DNA from: an uncultured Acidobacteriota bacterium
Lineage (GTDB): Bacteria; Acidobacteriota; Terriglobia; UBA7540
Reading direction: 5' to 3'
DNA length: 64,000 nt
Assembly (NCBI GenBank): GCA_963804995.1
Contig: CAWDSK010000006.1
Coordinates: 1,312,001-1,376,000, forward strand
Positions 49,909-60,058 of this stretch are shown piece by piece. The notes beneath the pieces are model-generated. The model was not told the DNA's origin and searched no databases. It was given only the letters and a program-made list of their open reading frames with translations. Position numbers and translations under genes: made by a program. Positions within the stretch are counted from its first letter, which is position 1, and the number at the start of each line of letters is the position of its first letter.

Positions 49909-50154
49909 CTACTTAGGATGGGGCCGAATGTCGTGTAAGAGATACTCCTCACCTTCAAGGGTGAAGTAGAAGCGCCAATTGCGATTCACGCGCGCCTGCC
50001 AGAGGCCGAGCACCTCGTCGTATTTCTTGGCTCGTAATGATGGATGGCTGAGGTTTTCAAGCAGGAACCCGCATTGCTTCTCAAAGGCTTTCCGGACTTC
50101 CGCAGGTGCGGACGCATATTGGCGTAGGAACCGTTGCGAGTATCGGGCCCTCAA
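49909..50154 (-). CDS. RelE/ParE-superfamily toxin
   Basis: HPSLRAKK..WQARVNRNWRFYF; coupled to the antitoxin. Confidence 0.8.
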   Translation of the reverse strand: MRARYSQRFLRQYASAPAEVRKAFEKQCGFLLENLSHPSLRAKKYDEVLGLWQARVNRNWRFYFTLEGEEYLLHDIRPHPK

Positions 50155-50441
50155 GTTTGCGAGACTTTGCGACCGGACTTCTTCGAACGCAATTTTGCCA
50201 CTTCCTTGCGAAGCGACACCACAAGTTCCGCTTGGGTATCAAAGGGCCCGTAGGCACGGCCCTCTTTGAAGTCCGCCAGGCTCTCCGCGATACCCCGATC
50301 CACCACCGATTTCGGAGTGAACGTGATCTTTCCCCGTTCCACCCTGGCCTCCAGGAGGTCTCCGACGTTGAGGCCAATCTTCTTGCGGACGTTCCGGGGA
50401 ATGACGACTTGGTATTTATTCTTTACAGAGACGAGGGCCAT
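50151..50441 (-). CDS. AbrB/MazE family antitoxin
   Basis: KYQVVIP..VRKKIGL.VGD. Confidence 0.9.
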   Translation of the reverse strand: MALVSVKNKYQVVIPRNVRKKIGLNVGDLLEARVERGKITFTPKSVVDRGIAESLADFKEGRAYGPFDTQAELVVSLRKEVAKLRSKKSGRKVSQT

Positions 50442-50449
50442 AGTTGATT

Positions 50450-50466
50450 AGTTGAACAGTTCAACT
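50450..50466. promoter_or_regulatory. palindromic operator of the TA operon
   Basis: AGTTGAAC-A-GTTCAACT just upstream of the antitoxin start. Confidence 0.65.
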
Positions 50467-50756
50467 CTCCACCTAAAGAATAGCAGGCCAGAATACTCTG
50501 TCAAGGGTGAACGTGCAGAATCTCATTGCTACTACTCAGTCGCAAAAACGTTCGTTCCAATCCCCTGAAGTCTGCATGGGCAAATGCTCCACGCGCTCGC
50601 CTCGTGAGCCTTTTGTCCATCCACCTCCCGCCCATGCGACCATCATATTGACGCGGCATTGGCTTAGAAGTACAGTTGGTATTCTCATCAATTGCGAGGT
50701 ATCCGCAAGTAACCCTGAACAGTCCCGCAACTCGGAGAGAAGAGAAAGGCGAGGAG

Positions 50757-51914
50757 ATGGGATTTCCTGCCGTCATTAACTTGAGAAGCCGCAACGGACT
50801 TTGCTCGGCTGCCCAGGCGGTATGCGCCGGCGTGCTCCTTTCGAGTCTGCTGACGCTCGGAGGCTGCGCCTCCAAATCCGCCGAGTCCCCGGCGATGAAG
50901 GGCGCCTTCCGCGCTCCCGTGACTGTCGCCAAGGCCGTGGCAAAAACCATGCCGGTCGAAGTAGCGGTCATCGGCAACGTGGAAGCCTATTCGAACGTCT
51001 CGGTGCGCACCCAGATGGCGGGAGAAATCGAACGCGCCTATTTCACCCAGGGCCAGGACGTAAAAAAGGGGCAACTGCTGTTCACCCTGGACCGCCGCCC
51101 CTTCGAAGCCACCTTGCACCAGTACGAGGCGAACCTGGCTCGCGATGAAGCGCAACTGGCCAACGCCCAGGCCCAGGCGGAACGCAACCGCAAGCTGTTC
51201 GAGGCCGGCATTACCTCCAAGGACCAGTACGAGACCATTCGCACCAGCGCGCAGGCACTCGCGGCCACGGTGCGCGCTGACCAGGCGGCCATTGAAAACG
51301 CCAAGGTGGACTTAAGCTACTGCTCGATTTATTCCCCCATCGACGGACGCACGGGAAGCTACCAAGTTTATCCCGGCAATATTGCAAAGGTAAGTGATAC
51401 GGTCCTGGTGGTCATCAATCAGATTCATCCCATCTACGTGACCTTCGCCGTGCCGGAGCTCCATCTCGCGGACGTCAAGAAGTACCAGGCGCTGGGCCCG
51501 GTGACGGTCGAGGCCCACATTCCCAACGACGCGCGGCCGCCGGCGGTCGGCCAACTCACCTTCATTGACAATGCCGTGGATATGACCACCGGCACCATCA
51601 AGATGCGCGCCACGTTCGAGAATCCCGACAATCGCCTCTGGCCGGGGCAGTTCGTGAACGTGATCATGCGCCTGACCACGCAGCCCAACTCGACCGTGGT
51701 GCCGTCACAGTGCGTGCAGACCGGCCCGGCGGGAAAATACCTTTTCGTGGTGAAACCCGACGAAACGGCGGACCTGCGTGTGGTGGTGGCGGGCGAAACG
51801 GTAGATGGCGAAACGGTGATTGAGAAAGGCGTCGAGCCCGGCGAAATGGTAGTGACCGACGGTCAGTTGCTGCTCGCCCCCGGATCGAAAGTCGAAATCA
51901 AAAAGGGAAGCTAG
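50757..51914 (+). CDS. RND efflux periplasmic adaptor (MdtA-like)
   Basis: LGGC lipobox-like; GQDVKKGQLLF, SPIDG, TGTIK.RA, LWPGQFV. Confidence 0.92.
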   Translation: MGFPAVINLRSRNGLCSAAQAVCAGVLLSSLLTLGGCASKSAESPAMKGAFRAPVTVAKAVAKTMPVEVAVIGNVEAYSNVSVRTQMAGEIERAYFTQGQDVKKGQLLFTLDRRPFEATLHQYEANLARDEAQLANAQAQAERNRKLFEAGITSKDQYETIRTSAQALAATVRADQAAIENAKVDLSYCSIYSPIDGRTGSYQVYPGNIAKVSDTVLVVINQIHPIYVTFAVPELHLADVKKYQALGPVTVEAHIPNDARPPAVGQLTFIDNAVDMTTGTIKMRATFENPDNRLWPGQFVNVIMRLTTQPNSTVVPSQCVQTGPAGKYLFVVKPDETADLRVVVAGETVDGETVIEKGVEPGEMVVTDGQLLLAPGSKVEIKKGS

Positions 51915-51967
51915 AAGAAAAAGTCAAAAGGCAAAGGTCAAAAGGCAAAACCTCAGGGCGGACATCA

Positions 51968-52084
51968 ATGATTGTAGATAAGCGCGATCTGGGGGAACGC
52001 CTTTTGAAGTATAGCGCGATTCTCTCAAAATCCGTGGCCACCGCCAAAGGAAAGGCCAAGGAAAACGCCCATGATTCGCCTTAG
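51968..52084 (+). pseudogene. internally deleted four-helix-bundle gene (38 aa) between inverted heptamer arms 51918-51952 and 52124-52170
   Basis: MIVDKRDLGERLLKYSA + ILSKSVATAKGKAK matches both ends of the 48711 protein. Confidence 0.85.
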
Positions 52085-52198
52085 TTTTCCAGAGTTGCAG
52101 GGTCTGACCGCAGGTCGCCAGCGGGTTTTTACTTTTGAGTTTTGCGCTTTGCGTTTTGACTTTTGACTTGTATTTCGCTTTGTGCGGCACAGGGAATT

Positions 52199-55100
52199 AT
52201 GAATTTAGCGGAAATCTTCATCCGCCGGCCGATCATGACCACGCTCGCGATGGCGGCCATTCTGCTTTTCGGCATCATTGCGTACCGTGTCCTACCGGTC
52301 AGCGACCTGCCCAACGTGGATTACCCCACGATTCAGGTGCAAGCCTCCCTGCCCGGTGCGAGCCCGGAGACAATGGCCGCCGCCGTGGCCACCGTGCTCG
52401 AGCGCGAGTTCTCAACCATTGCCGGCCTTGAGGCCATGAGCTCCATGAGCACGCAAGGTGGCACGCAAATCACCTTGCAATTCAGCCTGAGCCGCAACAT
52501 TGACGCCGCCTCACAGGACGTGCAGGCCGCCATCGCGCGCGCGCAGGGCAGGCTTCCCTCCGACATGCCGGCGCCACCCTCCTACCAGAAAGTGAACCCC
52601 GCGGACCAGCCCATCCTCTACATGGCAGTCTATTCCGACACGCTTCCGCTCTCCACCGTCAACGAATACGCCGACACCCTGATGGCGCAGCGCATCTCGA
52701 TGATCAGCGGCGTGGCGCAAGTACAGGTGTACGGCTCGCAGAAGTATGCAGTGCGCGTCCAGCTCGATCCCCGAGCCCTGGCCGCGCGCGGCATCGGCAT
52801 TGACGAGGTGATGGATTCGGTCAAGAACGCCAACGTCAACCTGCCCACGGGAACGCTTTTCGGGACGCACAAATCCTATGTGGTCGAGGCCAACGGGCAG
52901 CTCAAGAACGCCGCTGCCTACCGGCCGCTGATCGTGGCTTATCGCAACGGCGCGCCGGTGCGCTTGGAAGCCCTGGGCCAGGTGATCGACGACGTACAGA
53001 ACAATAAGCTTGCCAACTGGTACAACGGCCAGCGCGCCGAGGTGCTCGCCATTTCGCGGCAACCCGGCACCAACACCGTGGAAGTGGTGGACAACATCCT
53101 GCGCCTGCTTCCCACCTTCCGCAAGGAGATCCCTCAGTCCGTTCGCCTGACCACCCTCTACGACCGCTCGATTTCTATTCGCGACTCGGTGGACGACGTC
53201 AAGTTTACGCTCTACCTGACGCTCGCCCTGGTGGTGATGGTCATCTTCCTGTTCCTGCGCAACGTGTCGGCCACGATTATCCCCAGCCTGGCGCTTCCCA
53301 TGTCCATCGTGGGCACGTTCTCGGTGATGTACCTTCTGGGCTACACCGTGGACAACCTTTCGCTGATGGCCCTGGTGCTGGCGGTGGGCTTTGTCGTGGA
53401 CGACGCCATCGTCATGCTTGAAAACATCGTGCGGCACCTGGAGATGGGCGAGGACATTCTGGAAGCAGCCCTCAATGGCTCGAAAGAAATCAGCTTCACG
53501 ATCTTTTCCATGACGCTGTCGCTGGCCGCCGTCTTCATTCCCGTGCTTTTCCTGGGGGGGATTATGGGGCGGCTGCTGCACGAGTTCTCAGTAACCATCA
53601 TTTCCGCCGTGCTGGTGTCAGGAGTGGTCTCGCTGACCCTGACGCCCATGCTGTGCAGCCGATTCCTGCGCCATGCCAAGCCCGAGGAACATGGTTTCCT
53701 GTTCAACCTTTTCGAGCGCGGCTTCCAGGCGATGCTCCATGCCTACGATTGGAGCCTCCAGAAGGTTTTGCGGTTCCGCTTTGCCACCCTGATGTTTTCC
53801 TTCGCCATCATGGCGGTCACGATCTATCTCTTCGTGAAGATTCCCAAGGGATTCCTCCCCAGCGAAGACAGCGGTTTGATCTTCGGGATCACCATGGCGC
53901 AGCAGGGCATCTCCTTCGACTCCATGAAGGAGCACCAGAAGGCCGTGGCCGACCTCATGGTGACGGACCCCTACGTCGAGAACGTCACGTCCTTTGCGGG
54001 CGCCGGTGGACCGGGGGGCGGGGGAAACTCTGGCTTCTTCTTCATGAGCTTAAAATCCCGCCCCAGCGGCCGCGCCCAGATGCTCAACTGGTTTAAGGGC
54101 CTGCTGCATATCCCCTACCCGCGCGATCCGAACCTGCGCTACATCGACACCGATCAGGTCATTCAGGAACTGCGGGGAAGACTGTTCCCGGTTCCCGGCA
54201 TCATGACCTTTATGCAAAACCCTCCGCCGATTGAAATCGGAGGACGCCTGACCAAGAGCCAGTACCAGTTCACGCTGCAAGGGCCGGATACCAAAGAACT
54301 CTATCGTGAAGGGCTTAATCTGGAAGGGGCGTTGCGGACGGTTCCGGGACTGCTGGACGTGACCACCGATATCCAGATGAACAACCCGCAAGTGAATGTG
54401 GATATCGACCGCGACAAGGCGAACGCCTTGGGCGTGTCGGCGTTCCAAGTGGAAAACGCTCTGGAAACAGCTTACAGCTCGCGCCAGGTTTCCACCATCT
54501 ACACGCCCAACAACGAGTACTGGGTCATCGCCGAACTCCTGCCGCAGTACCAACTGGATCCGCAAGCGCTCAGCATGCTTTACATTCGCTCGAGCGGCGG
54601 GCAGCTTGTACCCCTGAGCGCGGTCTCGAAGCTAAGCCAGTCGCTGGGCCCGCTGGTGGTGAATCACACCGGGCAGTTGCCGTCCGTCACGGTATCGTTC
54701 AATCTGAAGCCCGGCACGGCGCTGGGCGATGCCGTCGATAACGTGGGGCAGATCGCCCGGCAGACTTTGCCCTCCGATATCAGCGCCAACTTTGAGGGCA
54801 CCGCGCAGCAGTTTGAGTCCTCCCTGGTCGGCCTCAGCCTTTTGCTGGTCATCACTATCCTGGTGATTTACATCGTGCTGGGGATTTTGTACGAAAGCTT
54901 CATTCACCCCCTGACCATTCTCTCCGGCCTTCCCTCGGCGGCGCTGGGAGCGCTGCTCACGCTGATGTACTTCGGGTATCAGCTCGACCTTTACGGTTTT
55001 GTGGGCATCATCATGCTGATCGGCATCGTGAAGAAGAACGCCATCATGATGATTGATTTTGCCCTGGATGCGGAGAGGAATGCCGGCAAAAGTACGCAGG

Positions 55101-55396
55101 ATGCCATCTACTACGGAGCGCTGGTGCGCTTCCGTCCCATTATGATGACCACCATGGCGGCACTCATGGGGACGCTGCCCATCGCGGTAGGCTTAGGCGC
55201 GGGCGCGGATTCTCGCCGCCCGCTGGGCTTGTGCGTGGTGGGCGGGCTGGTGTTCTCCCAGTTCATCACCCTTTACATCACCCCTGTCTACTACACCTAC
55301 CTCGATTCGTTCCAGAAATGGCTGCAAAGATTAGGGAACAGGGAACAGGGAATAGGGAACAGGCGGAGGGAACAGGTTGTAGAGAATAGGCTCTAG
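52199..55396 (+). CDS. RND efflux permease (MdtB/MdtC-like)
   Basis: FIRRPI, GFVVDDAIVMLENI, GIVKKNAIMMIDFA, RFRPIMMTT. Confidence 0.95.
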   Translation: MNLAEIFIRRPIMTTLAMAAILLFGIIAYRVLPVSDLPNVDYPTIQVQASLPGASPETMAAAVATVLEREFSTIAGLEAMSSMSTQGGTQITLQFSLSRNIDAASQDVQAAIARAQGRLPSDMPAPPSYQKVNPADQPILYMAVYSDTLPLSTVNEYADTLMAQRISMISGVAQVQVYGSQKYAVRVQLDPRALAARGIGIDEVMDSVKNANVNLPTGTLFGTHKSYVVEANGQLKNAAAYRPLIVAYRNGAPVRLEALGQVIDDVQNNKLANWYNGQRAEVLAISRQPGTNTVEVVDNILRLLPTFRKEIPQSVRLTTLYDRSISIRDSVDDVKFTLYLTLALVVMVIFLFLRNVSATIIPSLALPMSIVGTFSVMYLLGYTVDNLSLMALVLAVGFVVDDAIVMLENIVRHLEMGEDILEAALNGSKEISFTIFSMTLSLAAVFIPVLFLGGIMGRLLHEFSVTIISAVLVSGVVSLTLTPMLCSRFLRHAKPEEHGFLFNLFERGFQAMLHAYDWSLQKVLRFRFATLMFSFAIMAVTIYLFVKIPKGFLPSEDSGLIFGITMAQQGISFDSMKEHQKAVADLMVTDPYVENVTSFAGAGGPGGGGNSGFFFMSLKSRPSGRAQMLNWFKGLLHIPYPRDPNLRYIDTDQVIQELRGRLFPVPGIMTFMQNPPPIEIGGRLTKSQYQFTLQGPDTKELYREGLNLEGALRTVPGLLDVTTDIQMNNPQVNVDIDRDKANALGVSAFQVENALETAYSSRQVSTIYTPNNEYWVIAELLPQYQLDPQALSMLYIRSSGGQLVPLSAVSKLSQSLGPLVVNHTGQLPSVTVSFNLKPGTALGDAVDNVGQIARQTLPSDISANFEGTAQQFESSLVGLSLLLVITILVIYIVLGILYESFIHPLTILSGLPSAALGALLTLMYFGYQLDLYGFVGIIMLIGIVKKNAIMMIDFALDAERNAGKSTQDAIYYGALVRFRPIMMTTMAALMGTLPIAVGLGAGADSRRPLGLCVVGGLVFSQFITLYITPVYYTYLDSFQKWLQRLGNREQGIGNRRREQVVENRL

Positions 55397-55975
55397 GGAA
55401 CAGGGAACAGGAAAGAAAAAAGATGGCTCAGTCGCACCGGGATCTTATTGTTTGGCAAAAGGCGATGGACCTTGCCGTGGCCGTTTACGGGTTAGCCGGG
55501 AAATTTCCGCCAAAGGAGACATATCGCCTCGGCTCGCAGATTACCCGGGCTGCTGCTTCGGTCCCCGCCAACATTGCGGAAGGAAATGCGCGAGGTACAA
55601 GGCGGGACTATGCCAATTTCTTGTCGACGGCAAAGGGCTCGCTGATGGAAACCGAAACGTTCCTTATGCTGGCGGTCCGCCTGAAATTCCTGACCCAGGG
55701 TGAGACAACACTGGCATTGAGCCTCGTGACCGAGATCAGTAAGATGCTTACCGCCCTACGCAGCCGCCTGCTTGCCAATACCGAGTAAGCCTGTTTCCTG
55801 TTCTTTACCCTGTTCTTTACCCTGTTCTTTACCCTGTTCTTTACCCTGTTCTCTTCCCGCCGTCCTGTTCCCTGTTCCCTATTCCCTGTTCCCTCTTTTG
55901 TTCCCTATTCCCTAGTCCGTTCTTTCGCTCTGTTCCCTATTCCCTATTCCCTGTTCCCTTCCGCCCTGTTCCCTA
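55331..55975. mobile_element. four-helix-bundle cassette 2 bounded by inverted GGGAACA/TGTTCCC heptamer arms
   Basis: Arms 55331-55411 and 55790-55975 extend into the 3' ends of both neighbouring genes. Confidence 0.6.
55423..55788 (+). CDS. four helix bundle protein (23S rRNA IVP family)
   Basis: DLIVWQKAMDL, QITRAAASVPANIAEG, AKGSLME. Confidence 0.93.
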   Translation: MAQSHRDLIVWQKAMDLAVAVYGLAGKFPPKETYRLGSQITRAAASVPANIAEGNARGTRRDYANFLSTAKGSLMETETFLMLAVRLKFLTQGETTLALSLVTEISKMLTALRSRLLANTE

Positions 55976-58698
55976 GTACTTACGTTCCACCCATCGACCG
56001 AAACAACCGCCCCCCCTGTGCCCAAATCTTTGTGGGAATAGGTCGCCGTCACTTCCCGGGTTTCCCCTGGCATCAACTCAATGAAGTTATCGGTCCAGAA
56101 GGTGGGGATCAATTCCGGTCCACCCTTGCCCTTCAGGACACGCAGATGGACGGAAAAAGCTAGCGCCGGACTCGGGTTCACCAGGGTGACGCGGACCGTA
56201 TCCTTGTCATCGTGGGATTCGGTTTTGGTTTGGAGATTCAGGGTGGCCATGGGAAGGCGGCTCAATCCTGTCACGTCGGAATAGGCGGTAATCGGCGTGG
56301 AGTGCTCACGGAAAGTTTCCCAATCATATTGATCGGGCTTGGTGGAGAGCCAGTAGAAGTTCGAACTCTCCACTTCACCCTGCGCGTCGCGGAGCGTGAG
56401 CTTAAGAAAGTAGGTGGTAGTCAGTCCCTCAAGCTTGGGAATGACGAGAATCCGCGTACTGCTATCCGCGGGAACGTTCGCCTCGGCCGACTTTGAAAAT
56501 CTGGGCTTGAGGTCCAGATCGAAGAGATGAGCTTCCACGCGCAGGCCATCAAAGTTGCGATAAAGCGAGTTCACAACCACCACCGAATCGTCATCGTAGG
56601 AGTACTGAACGTGGAGGGGCTCGCAGGCTTTCTTGGTTCCGTAATAGGCGCCGCCCGTCCGCAAGTAGTAGTCGTAAAGATTCCACACGATGGTGGGCCA
56701 GGCGTTATTCAGCATCCATTGGATCACGCCGGTCGCAACGTATTTATTGCGCCCATAGGCCTCAAACATGGCGCGTTCGCTTTCGTAATCCATCACCTGA
56801 GCCTTGCGCAGGAAGTCATGAAGGTCGGCAGCGGGGCCGTAGCGCGCGTTCATCCCGTCGCGGTAAGCTCCCAGCATCTTCCGCCGGCATTCTTCGCCAT
56901 CCGCATGGAGCAGCCAAACCTCGTTAATCGGCCACAGCTTATCATCCGGCAGGAACTCCTTGAGGCTTTCGAGCACCGGTATGGTTACTCCCGGACTCGT
57001 CTCCGTATTGAATCCCCAACCGCCGCCGCGCTTGTTGGGGTCAAGCAGCCAATAGCTCGGTGGGATGTAGTCGTAGGGGCCCCAGTGTCCGTTCGTCTGC
57101 CCTTTGAATCCCGGCAGTCCAGTCAGGGATGACCGGGTTGCGTCAGAGGTATTTTCATACGGGTTAGGCCAGTGGGTATCGTGAAGCACCTGGAGGTAGA
57201 TATTCTCAACCCGCGGTGGCGGCGCCTTGTCGCTTCCGTACATCCAGTCCAGCACACAAGGATGGTTTTGCAGCCGGTGGAGTTCGTCGCGCAGGGAGGC
57301 GCCGGCCACCGCAAAATTTTCAGGCTTCCAACTTTCCCACATCTCCCACTGGTCGCAGCAGCACCAGCCCGCCATCACCAGGATTCCATAGCGGTCGCAC
57401 AGATCGAAAAAGTGGTCGGTTTCAATTTTCCCTTCCAGACGCAGGGCGTTCAAATGCATGTCGCGCACATACTGAATCTCAAGCTCGGTCTTTTCCGGAT
57501 TTTCCCGCAGCATCATGTCCGGCGCCCAGCCCCCGCCGCGAATAAGAAGCCTCTTGCCATTAACCGCGAATTCGATGTCGCCATGCGCGTTGATGCGGGA
57601 AGTGACCTGCCGCACGCCGAATTGAACTTCCTTGCGATCGGAGACTTGGTTTCCCGCCTCAAATTCCAGATCCAGCTTGTACAAGTTCTGTGGCCCAAGG
57701 TCGATCGGCCACCACAGGCGCGGATTGTGCAGATTGAGCTGCGAGAATTGGGTGGGAGCAAAGGTAATCTCGCGAGTCTCCCCGGCGTTGAGGTGAACCG
57801 GCTGGTGGAACTCCACCTCGCCGATCCGCCCTTTAAGCGTGCCGTCGATGGGCTCGCGCGCGGCGTTTTCCAAGCTCGTGCGGACGGTCAAGTGTGCCAC
57901 CTCGAGCGCGGGCAAATCGAAATGGGTAACCACTTGCGGATCACGCAGAGCCACCGGCCCCGTCGAAGTAAGGTAGGCCGGCCGCCACAGCCCCATGTCC
58001 TTATCCGGAGGGGCAGGGTTCCAATCGACCCAGGTAATCCCCAGCTCATCGGCTTCGGGCGGCGTCACTTCGACGGCCAACACGTTCTCACCGCCGGCGT
58101 GAACCAGGCTGGTTACATCAAAACGGTAGAGCCGCCACGCCCCGGCCACCTGGTCCGCGCCCGCTACCTTGTGGCCATTCAGCCAGATTTCGGCGCGATA
58201 GTTGATCCCATCAAAGTGCAGCCAAATGCGCCTGTTTTGCCATTCCGGTGAGAGTTGGAATTCCTTGCGGTACCACCAGGCAGGCTTGAAGGGACTGTCG
58301 GTAGGCATGGGAAGATTCGAAAAATTCTCCCCTTCAGAGGGGCTCGGCGCCTTCGCGTCGCGCTTGGGGTTTTCGTTCAGCCACGATGCCAGGTAGTTTG
58401 ACCCAGGAAGGGAGGCAAGATTCTTCCCAAAGTAGGGATCGGGATACACGCCGTGGTGTACCAAAGCCGCGAGCACGGTGGATGGAACCTTGGTGGGTAT
58501 CCAACTCCCAGGTTTGAAAGAGGGCGTGGAAACAACTTCTCCGGTTTCGTGAACCAGCGCCGAGGATTGAATCAACCAACCCTCTTCCAGCGCCCAGCGC
58601 GTCCCGCCCGATTCATTTGCCGGCGTTGATTGACACTGGCCGAAACCCGCCAGGGCCAGAATAAGTACGATCGAAGCAAACGTGCATCGAGTTCTCAT
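55912..58698 (-). CDS. glycoside hydrolase family 2, exo-beta-D-glucosaminidase (CsxA-like)
   Basis: FDGINY, WVDWNPAPPDKDMGLW, LRLEGK, GWCCCD, GSD, FNTETSPG, WMLNNAWP; signal peptide. Confidence 0.88.
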   Translation of the reverse strand: MRTRCTFASIVLILALAGFGQCQSTPANESGGTRWALEEGWLIQSSALVHETGEVVSTPSFKPGSWIPTKVPSTVLAALVHHGVYPDPYFGKNLASLPGSNYLASWLNENPKRDAKAPSPSEGENFSNLPMPTDSPFKPAWWYRKEFQLSPEWQNRRIWLHFDGINYRAEIWLNGHKVAGADQVAGAWRLYRFDVTSLVHAGGENVLAVEVTPPEADELGITWVDWNPAPPDKDMGLWRPAYLTSTGPVALRDPQVVTHFDLPALEVAHLTVRTSLENAAREPIDGTLKGRIGEVEFHQPVHLNAGETREITFAPTQFSQLNLHNPRLWWPIDLGPQNLYKLDLEFEAGNQVSDRKEVQFGVRQVTSRINAHGDIEFAVNGKRLLIRGGGWAPDMMLRENPEKTELEIQYVRDMHLNALRLEGKIETDHFFDLCDRYGILVMAGWCCCDQWEMWESWKPENFAVAGASLRDELHRLQNHPCVLDWMYGSDKAPPPRVENIYLQVLHDTHWPNPYENTSDATRSSLTGLPGFKGQTNGHWGPYDYIPPSYWLLDPNKRGGGWGFNTETSPGVTIPVLESLKEFLPDDKLWPINEVWLLHADGEECRRKMLGAYRDGMNARYGPAADLHDFLRKAQVMDYESERAMFEAYGRNKYVATGVIQWMLNNAWPTIVWNLYDYYLRTGGAYYGTKKACEPLHVQYSYDDDSVVVVNSLYRNFDGLRVEAHLFDLDLKPRFSKSAEANVPADSSTRILVIPKLEGLTTTYFLKLTLRDAQGEVESSNFYWLSTKPDQYDWETFREHSTPITAYSDVTGLSRLPMATLNLQTKTESHDDKDTVRVTLVNPSPALAFSVHLRVLKGKGGPELIPTFWTDNFIELMPGETREVTATYSHKDLGTGGAVVSVDGWNVSTREQGGREQGIGNREQSERTD

Positions 58699-58793
58699 GA
58701 CTTTTGACCCCAATATGATTCCCCTTTAGAGCTTGGTAAAGAATTTGGACGCGTTGTTCACAACCCTTGCTTGCTCAACCTAGCGGGATAGAA

Positions 58794-58950
58794 ATTGAAA
58801 TCATAGCCCTCTCCGAGGGGAGAGGGTGGACCGCCGCCGGCGTTTTCATCAGCCGGGGCGGGACGGGCCTACGCCCACCGAAGGGCCACCTCGGATACGT
58901 AACCCACTTCGGCTCCGGCCCGCAGGCGGGTGAGGGGTCACTTCACCACC
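58794..58950. repeat. CCCTCTCC family copy 3 with 59-nt insert (58868-58926)
   Basis: Compared with 20230-20317; CGGG duplicated around the insert. Confidence 0.85.
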
Positions 58951-59020
58951 CTATGAGTGGACCCGCACTCACCTTCGGAACAGGCAGCGTCATTTCTGGT
59001 TTGATTGCCGCCACGCCGCC

Positions 59021-59959
59021 CTACGGAACAAGCCTGCCCAATTCTCGCCAACCGATGACGGTAATGTGCCGGCTGCGCAGCGCCTCTTTGAAGACGGGAT
59101 TACCCACCAGATCGAAATCCCGTTGCCGCCACTTGGCGTCCCAGCCGGTATTAACCACGGTGATGGCTTGGAGTTCCTGGTCGTCGTAACCGAGGTGCAC
59201 AATCATCTGGTTGAGGCCCGGCACCACCCGATCGAGCATGCGCACGTATGAGTCGACCCATTGGTCGGGGGGGACATGATAGTTGGGCTCAAGAAACCGA
59301 TCCAGAATAATGTCCTGGGGCGACACCAGGGAAAGCCATCCCTTTTTGTCGAGGTCAGGGCGGCCGCAGCGGAAGGGCAGATGAAATTCATGCGCCACTC
59401 TGACCATGGCCGCGAAAAAATCCATGCGGTCCTCGATGGTTGCCTCGTGGCTGTCCACGTGGGTGGGCTGCAAACCCATCCGCAGGGCCTGCTCGATCTG
59501 TGCGCGAATCTCTCGTTCAACGTCCTCAGCCTCCCCGTGCTGGACGGTTAAGGTCGAATCCCACCACAAATAGCGGTCCGGGTCCAGCAGGCTCTTCACT
59601 TGATCGCGCGGCGACTGCGGACCCCAACGAAAAGGCTTCCACTCACTGTTGAGCGTCAGATGGAGGCCAATGTCCGCCTCCGGATGCTGATGAGCATACT
59701 CGACAACTTCGGGGAACCATGGGCAAGGCACCATCACGCTAGCCGAGCTCACATTATGCTCCTCAAGCGCACGGAAACTCGCCAGGTCAACGGAATGCGC
59801 CACCGCAAGATCGTCAGCGTGAATAATCAGCAGCTTCGCATCCCGAGGATAGCCCAGCCGCTCTGCGATGGTCGGGGACTGAGCATGAGTCGTGGAGCCA
59901 GCCCAGAACACGCTGAGCAACAACCCCATCAAAGCCATGAAGGAAAAATTCAGTTTCAT
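59021..59959 (-). CDS. ChbG/YdjC family carbohydrate deacetylase, exported
   Basis: IIHADD, GLHLTL, THVDSH, IVHLG; signal peptide. Confidence 0.88.
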   Translation of the reverse strand: MKLNFSFMALMGLLLSVFWAGSTTHAQSPTIAERLGYPRDAKLLIIHADDLAVAHSVDLASFRALEEHNVSSASVMVPCPWFPEVVEYAHQHPEADIGLHLTLNSEWKPFRWGPQSPRDQVKSLLDPDRYLWWDSTLTVQHGEAEDVEREIRAQIEQALRMGLQPTHVDSHEATIEDRMDFFAAMVRVAHEFHLPFRCGRPDLDKKGWLSLVSPQDIILDRFLEPNYHVPPDQWVDSYVRMLDRVVPGLNQMIVHLGYDDQELQAITVVNTGWDAKWRQRDFDLVGNPVFKEALRSRHITVIGWRELGRLVP

Positions 59960-60058
59960 TCTCACACCCAATCTCCCTGTTGAGCCCGGGATTCTCACCA
60001 AGGCATTGGAAGCAAGCAGCGCTGCCGCTATATGCTTGCTCAACCTCACGAAATGGAT

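Noticed and set aside
48711..55788. Diversity-generating retroelement or 23S rRNA intervening sequence
   Set aside because: Avd/IVP-like proteins are present, but no reverse transcriptase, TR/VR pair or rRNA is seen.
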